The translations under genes and the position numbers were made by a program. Positions 36,051 through 43,980 of a stretch of DNA of 43,980 bases are shown piece after piece. The notes beneath the pieces were generated by a model. The model made no database searches. It saw only the letters and a program-made list of their open reading frames with translations, and had not been told where the DNA came from. The stretch is from a virus (Duplodnaviria; Caudoviricetes): IMG/VR virus record IMGVR_UViG_3300020043_002247, positions 1 through 43,980 of that record, one strand, 5' to 3'. How positions within the stretch are numbered: position 1 is the stretch's first letter; every line of letters starts with the position of its first letter.

Positions 36051-37273
36051 GAAAATGTCCCGCCAGAGATACCGCTAGGAATCGTTAAACCACTTGCACT
36101 TAATGTAAATTCATTAACACCCAAAATTCCAATGTTAAATTCACCAGCAGCAGCTCTGTAAATACCTGTACTAACCTCGTTAGCAAAATTAAGCGCAGGA
36201 GCTGCAACAGAACCATCATTTAACGAAATATTGGCAATACCAATCGCAACTGTAACCGCATTAATAATATTAATAGAATCACAAATAACGATAGCACTCT
36301 CACCCTGAGCAAGCGTTGCCGTATTTCCAGTGCCAGTAGATATAGTCACATCGTAGTTACTAACACCACCAACTGCCTCGTTAACGATGTAATACACCTG
36401 TACCGTAGGAGGCACAATAACCGTAGCATTCCCAACTAATGTCCCTGTGTACTTCTGAATGACGTTAGAAGCCTCAGAAGGGGTCAAGGTGAACGTCCCA
36501 CCAGCAGAGACATCCTTGGTCAACTGCGTGAAATTAAACAGCGTAGACTTGCCTAAACCCACTGTGTAGAACGCAGACCCAGAACACACCACAAACGCTG
36601 AATCTGCAGGCTGCATCACAATAGACGCATTACCGTTAATTTGTGTTCCACCAGATGGGTCTATCGTTAATGCACCAGTTCCACTGTTTCTAACCATGAC
36701 AAACCAATTGTTGCCAAGGTTGCCAACAGTATCTAATGTTAATGTTCCAGCGCCAGCAGTCCAAACATACGTCTTGGCTCGATAAGTAACGTCAGCAGTG
36801 GCATCTGTTGAGAACGTAACTACAGGGTGGCTTTGGTTAAGCGTCGTATTAACCGCCAATAATCCATAACCAGCTAACGTAGCCGCATCAGCAGCAGAAG
36901 AGCCTACGCCATACGATATGATTCCCCATGTACCCTGCTCATCAGGGTTGGAAGTAACGTAAATGTACTTAGCCTCACCAGCGGCAACCGTAATAATCGT
37001 ATTAGTGCCAGCGTAGTCTTTAACCGTAAAGCTGTTAGCCCCTACGTTACGAATCATCGCATCATTACCTACTGACGTCTGATTAGCAGGGGGCATCCAT
37101 AGCTGAAGATTTGCGCTAGTTGCCGTAACCTCCATGATCCGAGCAGCATAATCATCAGTAGCGTTGCCGTTAATAGGCCACTCAAGCTGAGTATTAGCCG
37201 CTAAAGTAATTGCACGAAAGGAAACGTCAGTCGGTTGGACAACATTTCCAGTGAAGGGGCTGTTATAGCTCAT
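36047..37273 (-). CDS. Tail structural protein
   Basis: 408 aa, Thr/Gly/Ala-rich, DGSVAAPALNF motif. Confidence 0.65.
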   Translation of the reverse strand: MSYNSPFTGNVVQPTDVSFRAITLAANTQLEWPINGNATDDYAARIMEVTATSANLQLWMPPANQTSVGNDAMIRNVGANSFTVKDYAGTNTIITVAAGEAKYIYVTSNPDEQGTWGIISYGVGSSAADAATLAGYGLLAVNTTLNQSHPVVTFSTDATADVTYRAKTYVWTAGAGTLTLDTVGNLGNNWFVMVRNSGTGALTIDPSGGTQINGNASIVMQPADSAFVVCSGSAFYTVGLGKSTLFNFTQLTKDVSAGGTFTLTPSEASNVIQKYTGTLVGNATVIVPPTVQVYYIVNEAVGGVSNYDVTISTGTGNTATLAQGESAIVICDSINIINAVTVAIGIANISLNDGSVAAPALNFANEVSTGIYRAAAGEFNIGILGVNEFTLSASGLTIPSGISGGTFS

Positions 37274-37915
37274 TTACGAATCCAATACTGTCGCCTGACG
37301 ATCCCCAATTCGCTGAATATCCTCAGACTTCAATGTATCCATCACCTGACGGTACATTTGCTGCCACAGTGGAATTCGGGAGTCATTTTTAAGGAATGGC
37401 ATCGCTTGTAACAACGTGCCGTATAAAAGCGCTTGAGGCGCATAAATAGTGAACCAATTAGTCTGATTAGACGAATCTAACGGTTGTATACGCTCGTAAT
37501 AAAGAACTTCAAAGCTGTAGTCTGCATCAGGCGTAGGAGCTACTAACCAGTGCGTATAGTCGTAATCTGCGTAATAAGCAGGAACATCTGTTTCGGTTGG
37601 ATCAGGCCAATACTCACGCAAATATTCATACTTACGCAGCAAAACAGGCCGCTTCTTACCTGCTACAGTTACATTCATAGAAACTGTCTTATGCCACCTT
37701 GCAGGCTTATTAATGACAGGATCATTCATAGTCAAGGTTGACTGCATAGGCGTAAGATTTCCAAGGAACTTAATCTCGCTGGCAATAATCTGCTCGGCAA
37801 GCATAATAAATGTTGGAATCTTTTGTAACGTAGCAGTATCAGTTCGCTCCAGATAGGACGAAATATCAGCTACCAAAGAATCGTATGTCTGGACGGCTGC
37901 TGTTGTCATTACCAA
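37274..37915 (-). CDS. Head-tail adaptor protein
   Basis: TYDSL..YLER..IPTFIMLAE..APTPDADY..PQALLYGTL. Confidence 0.7.
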   Translation of the reverse strand: MVMTTAAVQTYDSLVADISSYLERTDTATLQKIPTFIMLAEQIIASEIKFLGNLTPMQSTLTMNDPVINKPARWHKTVSMNVTVAGKKRPVLLRKYEYLREYWPDPTETDVPAYYADYDYTHWLVAPTPDADYSFEVLYYERIQPLDSSNQTNWFTIYAPQALLYGTLLQAMPFLKNDSRIPLWQQMYRQVMDTLKSEDIQRIGDRQATVLDS

Positions 37916-38094
37916 TTACCCTTCTTTGCTTTAGCGCCATGCATATTGGCTACGAGCGATGGGTACGGAGTTCCTGTCCGTTCGGCAAAAGCTTTTGCAG
38001 CTTTCTTTTGATTGGGACTTAACTTCTTAGACTTACCCAAATCCTTTGGTCGCTTCTTCTCCCACACAGGCTTTGTTGCCATTTTAGACCTCAC
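37909..38094 (-). CDS. Small basic protein (probable start 38082)
   Basis: Lys-rich; GAGG RBS before MATKPVW. Confidence 0.65.
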   Translation of the reverse strand: MRSKMATKPVWEKKRPKDLGKSKKLSPNQKKAAKAFAERTGTPYPSLVANMHGAKAKKGNW

Positions 38095-38121
38095 TGTTCA
38101 GACTGTAAAACGCCCCTTGAA

Positions 38122-38544
38122 TTAACCTAAAATCTTCACCCCAGATTGAAGTTGAGCCAAAGTTAAACCGTTAGTATATTGAAAATGCGGGTACTCTTTG
38201 AACCGTTTCCAATCGCCAGCCCACTCTAATCCTGCGGCTTTACCTAACTTGCCAACTTGCTGCCAGACCTCATCCTTAACATCCCAGCGAGGCTTACCAG
38301 CGACTATAGGAACAACATCTACCGCACACCTATAGTTATGCCAAGATTGCCCTGCTTTAGCGTTAGTGACTATCTTGCCTGGCTTAGTGCGACCTTGGGC
38401 ATATAAGGCATTCTGGCTATCATTATCTCGATAGGTACTAGTCACCAACAAATCAATTCCAGCAGCTTTAGCAGCCTCCAGAAACGACTGAACCCGCACT
38501 TTGGCGGGTGGTATTAAGTCGTCTAAGCTACGGCTGTTAATCAT
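38122..38544 (-). CDS. Endolysin, M15 family L-Ala-D-Glu peptidase
   Basis: TYR..QNALYAQGRT..VTNAKAGQSWHNY..AVD..WAGDW..EYPHFQ. Confidence 0.9.
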   Translation of the reverse strand: MINSRSLDDLIPPAKVRVQSFLEAAKAAGIDLLVTSTYRDNDSQNALYAQGRTKPGKIVTNAKAGQSWHNYRCAVDVVPIVAGKPRWDVKDEVWQQVGKLGKAAGLEWAGDWKRFKEYPHFQYTNGLTLAQLQSGVKILG

Positions 38545-38708
38545 TTGTCAGCGGTTAAGACACCAAGCAAACCAGCTAAACCTAAACCAGCCGTAATAAT
38601 CACGTTCTGTAGTTCTGGGGCAATAGGCACTCCAATAGCCGTCAGAAACAGAATTGCACCACGCCATGTAGAAGGCTCTTTTGCACGTTCAAGTATGTAA
38701 TATTTCAT
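38541..38708 (-). CDS. Putative holin (55 aa, not in ORF track)
   Basis: MKYYILERAKEPSTWRGAILFLTAIGV..IITAGLGLAGLLGVLTADK; two hydrophobic segments; ATGA overlap with endolysin. Confidence 0.75.
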   Translation of the reverse strand: MKYYILERAKEPSTWRGAILFLTAIGVPIAPELQNVIITAGLGLAGLLGVLTADK

Positions 38709-38719
38709 ATTGCTCCCCT

Positions 38720-39007
38720 TTATTTATTTTCTATCTTCTTAAATAGAAGACCTAAAGTATTATCAATCTTGCTAAATCCATTACGCATATCGTCTTTAAT
38801 CTCTTTGACAGCATCTTTGAAGTCATCACGGCGCACAAAGTCCTCATGCATCTTTGTGTCCATCTCTTTAAGATCGCGCTTGAGTTCCATATCTCTCTCC
38901 CTAGCATCCTTCTTGACTTCTTGAATGCTGTCCCAGATTACCTTCAGAATCCATCCTCCAAAGGCTCCAGCGAGAGCAAATGCCCAATTAAAGACGACCT
39001 GATCCAC
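38720..39007 (-). CDS. Membrane-anchored coiled-coil protein of lysis module
   Basis: N-terminal TM segment then coiled coil, FVRRDDF. Confidence 0.7.
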   Translation of the reverse strand: MDQVVFNWAFALAGAFGGWILKVIWDSIQEVKKDARERDMELKRDLKEMDTKMHEDFVRRDDFKDAVKEIKDDMRNGFSKIDNTLGLLFKKIENK

Positions 39008-39012
39008 TTTAA

Positions 39013-39120
39013 CTATCCCCCAAAAGAAACGTCAGCTAAAGGCGCACCAGAAAACGAACCATCAGACACAATAGCAACACCACCCGCACTAACAAAGAAA
39101 GCCAACATAATTCCACTCAT
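39013..39120 (-). CDS. Small hydrophobic peptide (35 aa, not in ORF track)
   Basis: MSGIMLAFFVSAGGVAIVSDGSFSGAPLADVSFGG*; ATGA overlap with upstream gene. Confidence 0.5.
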   Translation of the reverse strand: MSGIMLAFFVSAGGVAIVSDGSFSGAPLADVSFGG

Positions 39121-39386
39121 GCAAATCCCCTTGTAAATACCACTGTGTCGGCATCTATAAACACCGCATTGACCATAGAACGCGGTGCAAACTCAATAAA
39201 GTTGAACGTCCTTGCTATCCCAGAACGATAAGTCTTCGCTACATCACTCTGTATAGACCTAAAATCATCACTATTGTTAAACAAGATCAACGCATCACCT
39301 TGCGAAAATTCCCCAGCTGGGATTACCACCACTGGGGAATTCTCTACATTAATAAGTTTATTAGCGTGTTCTTTTGCTAATCTCAT
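39117..39386 (-). CDS. Small tail-fibre-associated beta protein
   Basis: VVIPAGEFSQGDALILFN pattern. Confidence 0.6.
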   Translation of the reverse strand: MRLAKEHANKLINVENSPVVVIPAGEFSQGDALILFNNSDDFRSIQSDVAKTYRSGIARTFNFIEFAPRSMVNAVFIDADTVVFTRGFA

Positions 39387-39814
39387 GCTTTAGGATACTT
39401 GGCTTTTATTTCAGCAATCTTTGCCGCCATAGCTGCCGCAGCATCTCCACCCTTCCACATAGCACCCATCTGCTCTGCCAAAGACGGATACTCTGCACGA
39501 CGTTTAGCATAGTAGTCAGGAATGTCTGGACGCACAATCTCCGACTTATCTATGTTTACCGTTACAGGGTCACCGCCCATAGCATCAGGTATCTGACGGG
39601 TCTTAGGTGTTAATGCCGCCCATGCCGCCTCTTTAGCGTCAATGTCTGCATATATATCAGCCTCTTTAGACGCAAGATAAGCAGCTAGATCAGAGTTTGG
39701 CGGCACAAATATCTGCCAAGCATATGTTTGACCATCATGCTCAACATTTAGATACGCAAGGCCACGCTCCTCGCCCTCAATATTAGACGCAATACCTTCT
39801 AACGAAATACTCAT
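39383..39814 (-). CDS. Putative tail fibre assembly chaperone
   Basis: DYYAKRRAEYPSLAEQM..IAEIKAKYPK. Confidence 0.65.
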   Translation of the reverse strand: MSISLEGIASNIEGEERGLAYLNVEHDGQTYAWQIFVPPNSDLAAYLASKEADIYADIDAKEAAWAALTPKTRQIPDAMGGDPVTVNIDKSEIVRPDIPDYYAKRRAEYPSLAEQMGAMWKGGDAAAAMAAKIAEIKAKYPKA

Positions 39815-41127
39815 TTAACCGCCTCCAATCTAAAGTTCTTACCCGGATGCTGCCCTGTTACTGGCAGAATCTTAATGTCTTTAAAACCTACCGTTGTACA
39901 CAAGTCAGATAACGACTTAGGCGTATAGCCCCATAGGTGCGGTGACAATGCTCCCTTTTCCTGCGTCTCAGGCGTAATACGGTCTACACAAGCACCATAG
40001 ATACACATAGCAGTCATGTGCTGTTCTGCACCCTCTTGTTCAAGGTAGTCTTTGCATAAGCCAGCGAGGTCAGGCGTCTCAAGAACAAGCATACCGCCAT
40101 CCTTCAGGGTATTGAGCCACTTCTCTAATACTTGTGGCGCACGATGCTGGGGGATATGCTCAATTACATGGCTGGCAAATATCTCGTCAGCGCACTGCTC
40201 TGGCAGGTCTAGCTTCATGATGTCCTGCTTGATGTCTGCCGTATCACTGTGCATGTCTACACCAAGGTAACCCGGCAAACGGTCACGACCACAGCCCATG
40301 TTGAACTTAATCGGCTGACCTTCTTCTAGCAGCTTCTCAATAACAGACTTATAGCCGCCAGTGCCTTCAGGCAGACGATCAGCCCAACGACGGTCAATAA
40401 ACTCTTTATCGTCTAGCGTCAAAGGACGGGTAGGCTTGATGTTGGTGTAATACTTATTTAAGTCTACAGATGGATGCGCTGTGTACATACCGCTTGCCAA
40501 GTCCATGTGTAAGCATTGGACATCAGTATTAACTAGCAGACGAGTTCCGCGCTTATGCAGCCGATGAACAAAGAAGTTATCTTCCCCAATGAACGGAATC
40601 TCATCGTTAATGTTGTTACCAATGCAGGTAAATGGCAGGTCAGGAGCTTCGTCCTTCATGGCTTGCAGGATAGAGATAGGGATCATCATCACGTCCATGC
40701 CTGTCTGCCAAGCCTCAATCAACTGACCCGGATCAACATTTGGAATGGTTATCCAATCCTGATTACGAACCATAATCATGGCATCAGAGCATTTGATGTA
40801 GTACACACCTGTTACTACCGCATCAGGGTTCTTCTCTGCTGTCTCATGCAGAACTTTAAATCCATCGTAAGGAAGAACTGTATCCTCACCGATGAACAGC
40901 ATGTATTTGGCACCACTTTGTAGTGCTTGTTCAATAAGATAGTTACGGGCTACGTCTACCTTCTCACCACCGATATGCACAAAGCCGTGGGAGAAGCCCA
41001 TCAGGTCAATATGCAAACCGTCATACCCATCAAAATTCTGTGCTGCGGTTTCTTCTAAGTTACGGCGTGGCTGTGCAATCAAGACGTAAGGCGCAATCGT
41101 CTTTGATTCATTATAGATTTCCTGCAT
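39811..41127 (-). CDS. GT-A glycosyltransferase-like domain fused to class I SAM methyltransferase
   Basis: VARNYLIEQAL..YMLFIGED, GEDNFF; then NMGCG..GVD..IFASHVIEH..LKDGGMLVLETPD. Confidence 0.8.
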   Translation of the reverse strand: MQEIYNESKTIAPYVLIAQPRRNLEETAAQNFDGYDGLHIDLMGFSHGFVHIGGEKVDVARNYLIEQALQSGAKYMLFIGEDTVLPYDGFKVLHETAEKNPDAVVTGVYYIKCSDAMIMVRNQDWITIPNVDPGQLIEAWQTGMDVMMIPISILQAMKDEAPDLPFTCIGNNINDEIPFIGEDNFFVHRLHKRGTRLLVNTDVQCLHMDLASGMYTAHPSVDLNKYYTNIKPTRPLTLDDKEFIDRRWADRLPEGTGGYKSVIEKLLEEGQPIKFNMGCGRDRLPGYLGVDMHSDTADIKQDIMKLDLPEQCADEIFASHVIEHIPQHRAPQVLEKWLNTLKDGGMLVLETPDLAGLCKDYLEQEGAEQHMTAMCIYGACVDRITPETQEKGALSPHLWGYTPKSLSDLCTTVGFKDIKILPVTGQHPGKNFRLEAVK

Positions 41128-41185
41128 CGTGGCTATGATTTTTTCGCGGTTGTACAGAGTTCTCCTTAGGCTTGTTGATGAATTA

Positions 41186-42559
41186 TTAGAATTTATTAAA
41201 AAACGGCGACAAACAATATCCTATAGGACGTTGGGTATTAGTGGAGATTTTTTGGCCTACGGCTGCACCTACAGGAATAAAGTAAATTTCTCCATTAGGA
41301 GCCAATACACCGCCGAAGTATGCTGATCCCGTAACAACCAAAGAATATGTAGAAACAACTCCCGCAACTGAAATCTTTTGACCTCTGTTTGCATTACCCG
41401 GAACAAAATGAATATCCCCGTTAGGTGCTAAAACTCCTCCATCGTATGCAGCAACAGTTGTATAAACTAATGAATAAGTTGATACAACACCAGCAGATGA
41501 TATTTTTTGCCCTCGATTAGCATTATAATGAACAAAATGTATATCTCCATTAGGAGCTAAAACACCTCCAGAATATGCATTTAAAGCTGTGTAAACTAAA
41601 GAATATGTACTAACCACACCGGAAGAAGATATTTTTTGACCTACAGCTGCACTAGAAGGAACAAAGTGTATGTCACCGTTAGGTGCAAGAACGCCGCCTG
41701 CATACGATTCAGACCTTGTATAAACCAATGAGTATGTAGAAACAACTCCAGCTACTGATACTTTTTGACCTCTGTTTGCGCCATGAGGGACAAAATGCAC
41801 ATCACCATTTGGCGCTAAAACACCTCCAAAATATGCATTTAAAGCTGTGTAAACAAGAGAGTAAGTAGAAACTGCTCCAGAAGCATTTATTTTTTGTCCA
41901 ACTGATGCGTCTTGTGGAACAAAATGTATATCGCCATTAGGCGATAAAACACCGCCTCGGTATGCATCTGTTGTTGTATAAACTAATGAATAGGTGGAAA
42001 CAACCCCAGATGCTGATACTTTTTGCCCTCTATTTGCCCTTCTTGGAACAAAATGTATATCGCCGTTAGGGGCTAATACGCCGCCATAGTAAGCAGAACT
42101 TGTTGTATAAACCAAGCTATATGTACTTCCCATCCCTGCCGTACCATTATTGTTATACGGCACACCATTAATTACACCTGCATCTAGCTGCTTCTTTAGA
42201 TTAGTCCATGCATATAAATTTGTACCAACACTACTATCATCTGCCGTAGGAACTGTTCCTTCTGTAGCCTCTGCTGGATAAGTACAGAACACATCCTTCG
42301 TCCCTGCCGACCAATTTACTAGCGCGTTGCTGTTAGATGATTCAAGAACTGTGTCGCGAGATAATGTCGTGCCACTTGACGTATACGTACCAATACCCAC
42401 TTCCCAGTTCGTGTTGTCTGTAATACAGTAGTAAGTTTGGTTTGCGTTACCTATGGCAGCAAAAGATTGAAATCCTGCCACAGCAGCACCTAACGTAAAC
42501 GTGCCAGTACCTGTCGTTGTGCTAGTTACTTTTACTCTGTCTTTGACAACATACGCCAT
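41186..42559 (-). CDS. Tail fibre / receptor-binding protein with seven ~43-aa repeats (predicted beta-propeller)
   Basis: N-terminal KDRVKVTSTTTGTGT anchor domain; 7x YxGGVLAPNGDIHFVPxxAxxGQKIS..GVVSTYSLVYT. Confidence 0.75.
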   Translation of the reverse strand: MAYVVKDRVKVTSTTTGTGTFTLGAAVAGFQSFAAIGNANQTYYCITDNTNWEVGIGTYTSSGTTLSRDTVLESSNSNALVNWSAGTKDVFCTYPAEATEGTVPTADDSSVGTNLYAWTNLKKQLDAGVINGVPYNNNGTAGMGSTYSLVYTTSSAYYGGVLAPNGDIHFVPRRANRGQKVSASGVVSTYSLVYTTTDAYRGGVLSPNGDIHFVPQDASVGQKINASGAVSTYSLVYTALNAYFGGVLAPNGDVHFVPHGANRGQKVSVAGVVSTYSLVYTRSESYAGGVLAPNGDIHFVPSSAAVGQKISSSGVVSTYSLVYTALNAYSGGVLAPNGDIHFVHYNANRGQKISSAGVVSTYSLVYTTVAAYDGGVLAPNGDIHFVPGNANRGQKISVAGVVSTYSLVVTGSAYFGGVLAPNGEIYFIPVGAAVGQKISTNTQRPIGYCLSPFFNKF

Positions 42560-42569
42560 GATTGGAATC

Positions 42570-43958
42570 CTAGAACTTGTTTAGGTAAGAGCTTAGGCAA
42601 GTGTCTATGCCAAATGGTATTGCAGGGCAGGTGGAGATTTTTTGACCCAATGGAGCAGCCTCTGGAATAAAATAAATTTCTCCATTAAAAGTTAAAACAC
42701 CTCCAGAATTAGATGATGTTGTGGAAATAAGAGAATAAGTAGAAACAACACCTGATGCGGATATTTTTTGACCGCAAACAATATTTGAATTTGGTACAAA
42801 ATGTATGTCTCCATTCGGAGCTAAAACCCCTCCTTGAAATACCGAACTTCCTGTCCGTATTAATGAATAAGTAGAAACAACTCCTGCTGCTGATATTTTT
42901 TGTCCTCTATTTGCCGACCTTGGAACAAAATGAATGTCTCCATTGGGAGCTAAAACACCACCAGAATAAGCATTGGTTGTTGTATAAACAAGAGAATAAG
43001 TAGAAACAACACCTAATGCCGATATTTTTTGACCTCTATTTGCACTACGAGGAACAAAATGTATATCGCCATTCGGAGCTAAAACACCACCCATATACGA
43101 ATCTGTTGTTGTATAAACAAGAGAATAAGTGGAAACAACGCCTGCCAATGATACTTTTTGCCCTCTATCTGCCGCATCTGGAACAAAGTGTATATCGCCA
43201 TTTGGAGCTAATACGCCACCAAAATATGCTGAGAAATTTGTATAAACTAAAGAATATGTAGACACAACACCTGATGCTGATATTTTCTGGCCTCTATTTG
43301 CTGATCCAGGAACAAAGTGTATATCTCCGTTAGGGGCTAATACACCTCCAAAATAAGCATCTGTTGTTGTATAAACAAGAGAATAAGTAGAAACAACCCC
43401 AGTAAATGTATTTATTTTTTGTCCTCTGTCTGCTCTTCTTGGCACAAAATGTATATCTCCATTTGGGGCTAAAACACCACCCACATACGCTTGAGTATTT
43501 GTTGTATAAACTAAACTATACGTACTCACTATCCCGTTAGTTCCGTTATTATTAAACGTCACTCCACTGTTAATACTTGTCTGTAAGTTCTTCTGGAAGT
43601 TATCAAACGCCACGCCATCTGTGCCAATACTACTGTTGTCACCTGTAGGTGCTGTTCCCTGCACGTTCTCAGCAGGTTGTGGAACATATACCGTCTTACT
43701 ACCTGCGCCCCAGTTCACTAACGCATTACTGTTAGATGATGCTAATACCTGATCTCGAGATAACGTAGTACCACTTACAGTGTATGTACCTATTCCTACT
43801 TCCCAATCTGTTCCGTTAGTAATGGTGTAATACGTTTGATTACCATTACCTATACCAGTGAAGTCTTGATAGCCAGCAGACGCTAGTCCAAGCGTAAACG
43901 TACCTGTACCAGTAGTCGTAGATGTAACTTGTATTCGGTCTTTGAGTACGAATGTCAT
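42570..43958 (-). CDS. Paralogous tail fibre / receptor-binding protein with seven repeats
   Basis: Same anchor domain, same 7 repeats, ends YLNKF. Confidence 0.75.
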   Translation of the reverse strand: MTFVLKDRIQVTSTTTGTGTFTLGLASAGYQDFTGIGNGNQTYYTITNGTDWEVGIGTYTVSGTTLSRDQVLASSNSNALVNWGAGSKTVYVPQPAENVQGTAPTGDNSSIGTDGVAFDNFQKNLQTSINSGVTFNNNGTNGIVSTYSLVYTTNTQAYVGGVLAPNGDIHFVPRRADRGQKINTFTGVVSTYSLVYTTTDAYFGGVLAPNGDIHFVPGSANRGQKISASGVVSTYSLVYTNFSAYFGGVLAPNGDIHFVPDAADRGQKVSLAGVVSTYSLVYTTTDSYMGGVLAPNGDIHFVPRSANRGQKISALGVVSTYSLVYTTTNAYSGGVLAPNGDIHFVPRSANRGQKISAAGVVSTYSLIRTGSSVFQGGVLAPNGDIHFVPNSNIVCGQKISASGVVSTYSLISTTSSNSGGVLTFNGEIYFIPEAAPLGQKISTCPAIPFGIDTCLSSYLNKF

Positions 43959-43960
43959 AG

Positions 43961-43980
43961 TCAGAACTTATTTAAGAATG
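43961..43980 (-). CDS. 3' end of a probable third paralog
   Basis: Reads ...FLNKF*, matching FFNKF* and YLNKF* of the two complete paralogs. Confidence 0.65.

Noticed and set aside
41230-43520. CRISPR array or diversity-generating retroelement behind the ~129-bp repeats
   Set aside because: Repeats are in-frame coding with synonymous variation; no reverse transcriptase or template repeat in the window; Asn codons in NGD are invariant, unlike adenine-directed mutagenesis
1-43980. Integrated prophage, att sites or stop-codon reassignment
   Set aside because: No integrase or host genes in the window; TAA, TAG and TGA all terminate intact genes under the standard code

Overview
This window holds most of the genome of a tailed dsDNA phage with a podovirus-like layout: no tape-measure or sheath gene, and five predicted DNA-ejection proteins. 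It is cut inside the major capsid gene at the left end and inside a tail-fibre gene at the right end. Almost all genes are on the minus strand. Head and packaging module (1-11954): terS, an HTH gene, terL, a 1372-aa multidomain protein, portal, GroES-like, scaffold-like, capsid. A ~1 kb structured non-coding locus (12515-13560) has its own promoters. A block of small accessory genes follows (13561-16530), then a C5 DNA methyltransferase with an overprinted gene and a replication module (RuvC-like, helicase, primase Zn domain, DUF1376 initiator, Cro-like). A short plus-strand recombination operon spans 22626-25513. The tail, ejection and lysis genes (25571-43980) include a glycosyltransferase-methyltransferase fusion and at least two, probably three, paralogous 7-repeat beta-propeller tail proteins. 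The best candidate for an undescribed system is the non-coding locus: it carries a hairpin loop antisense to the ribosome-binding site of a phage gene, an inverted copy of the origin-like repeat, and long-range pairings. Other leads are a recurring xAxGGxV peptide motif shared by several predicted virion-internal proteins and the EcoHK31I-beta-like overprinted gene. Family assignments come from motifs recognised by eye, not database searches.
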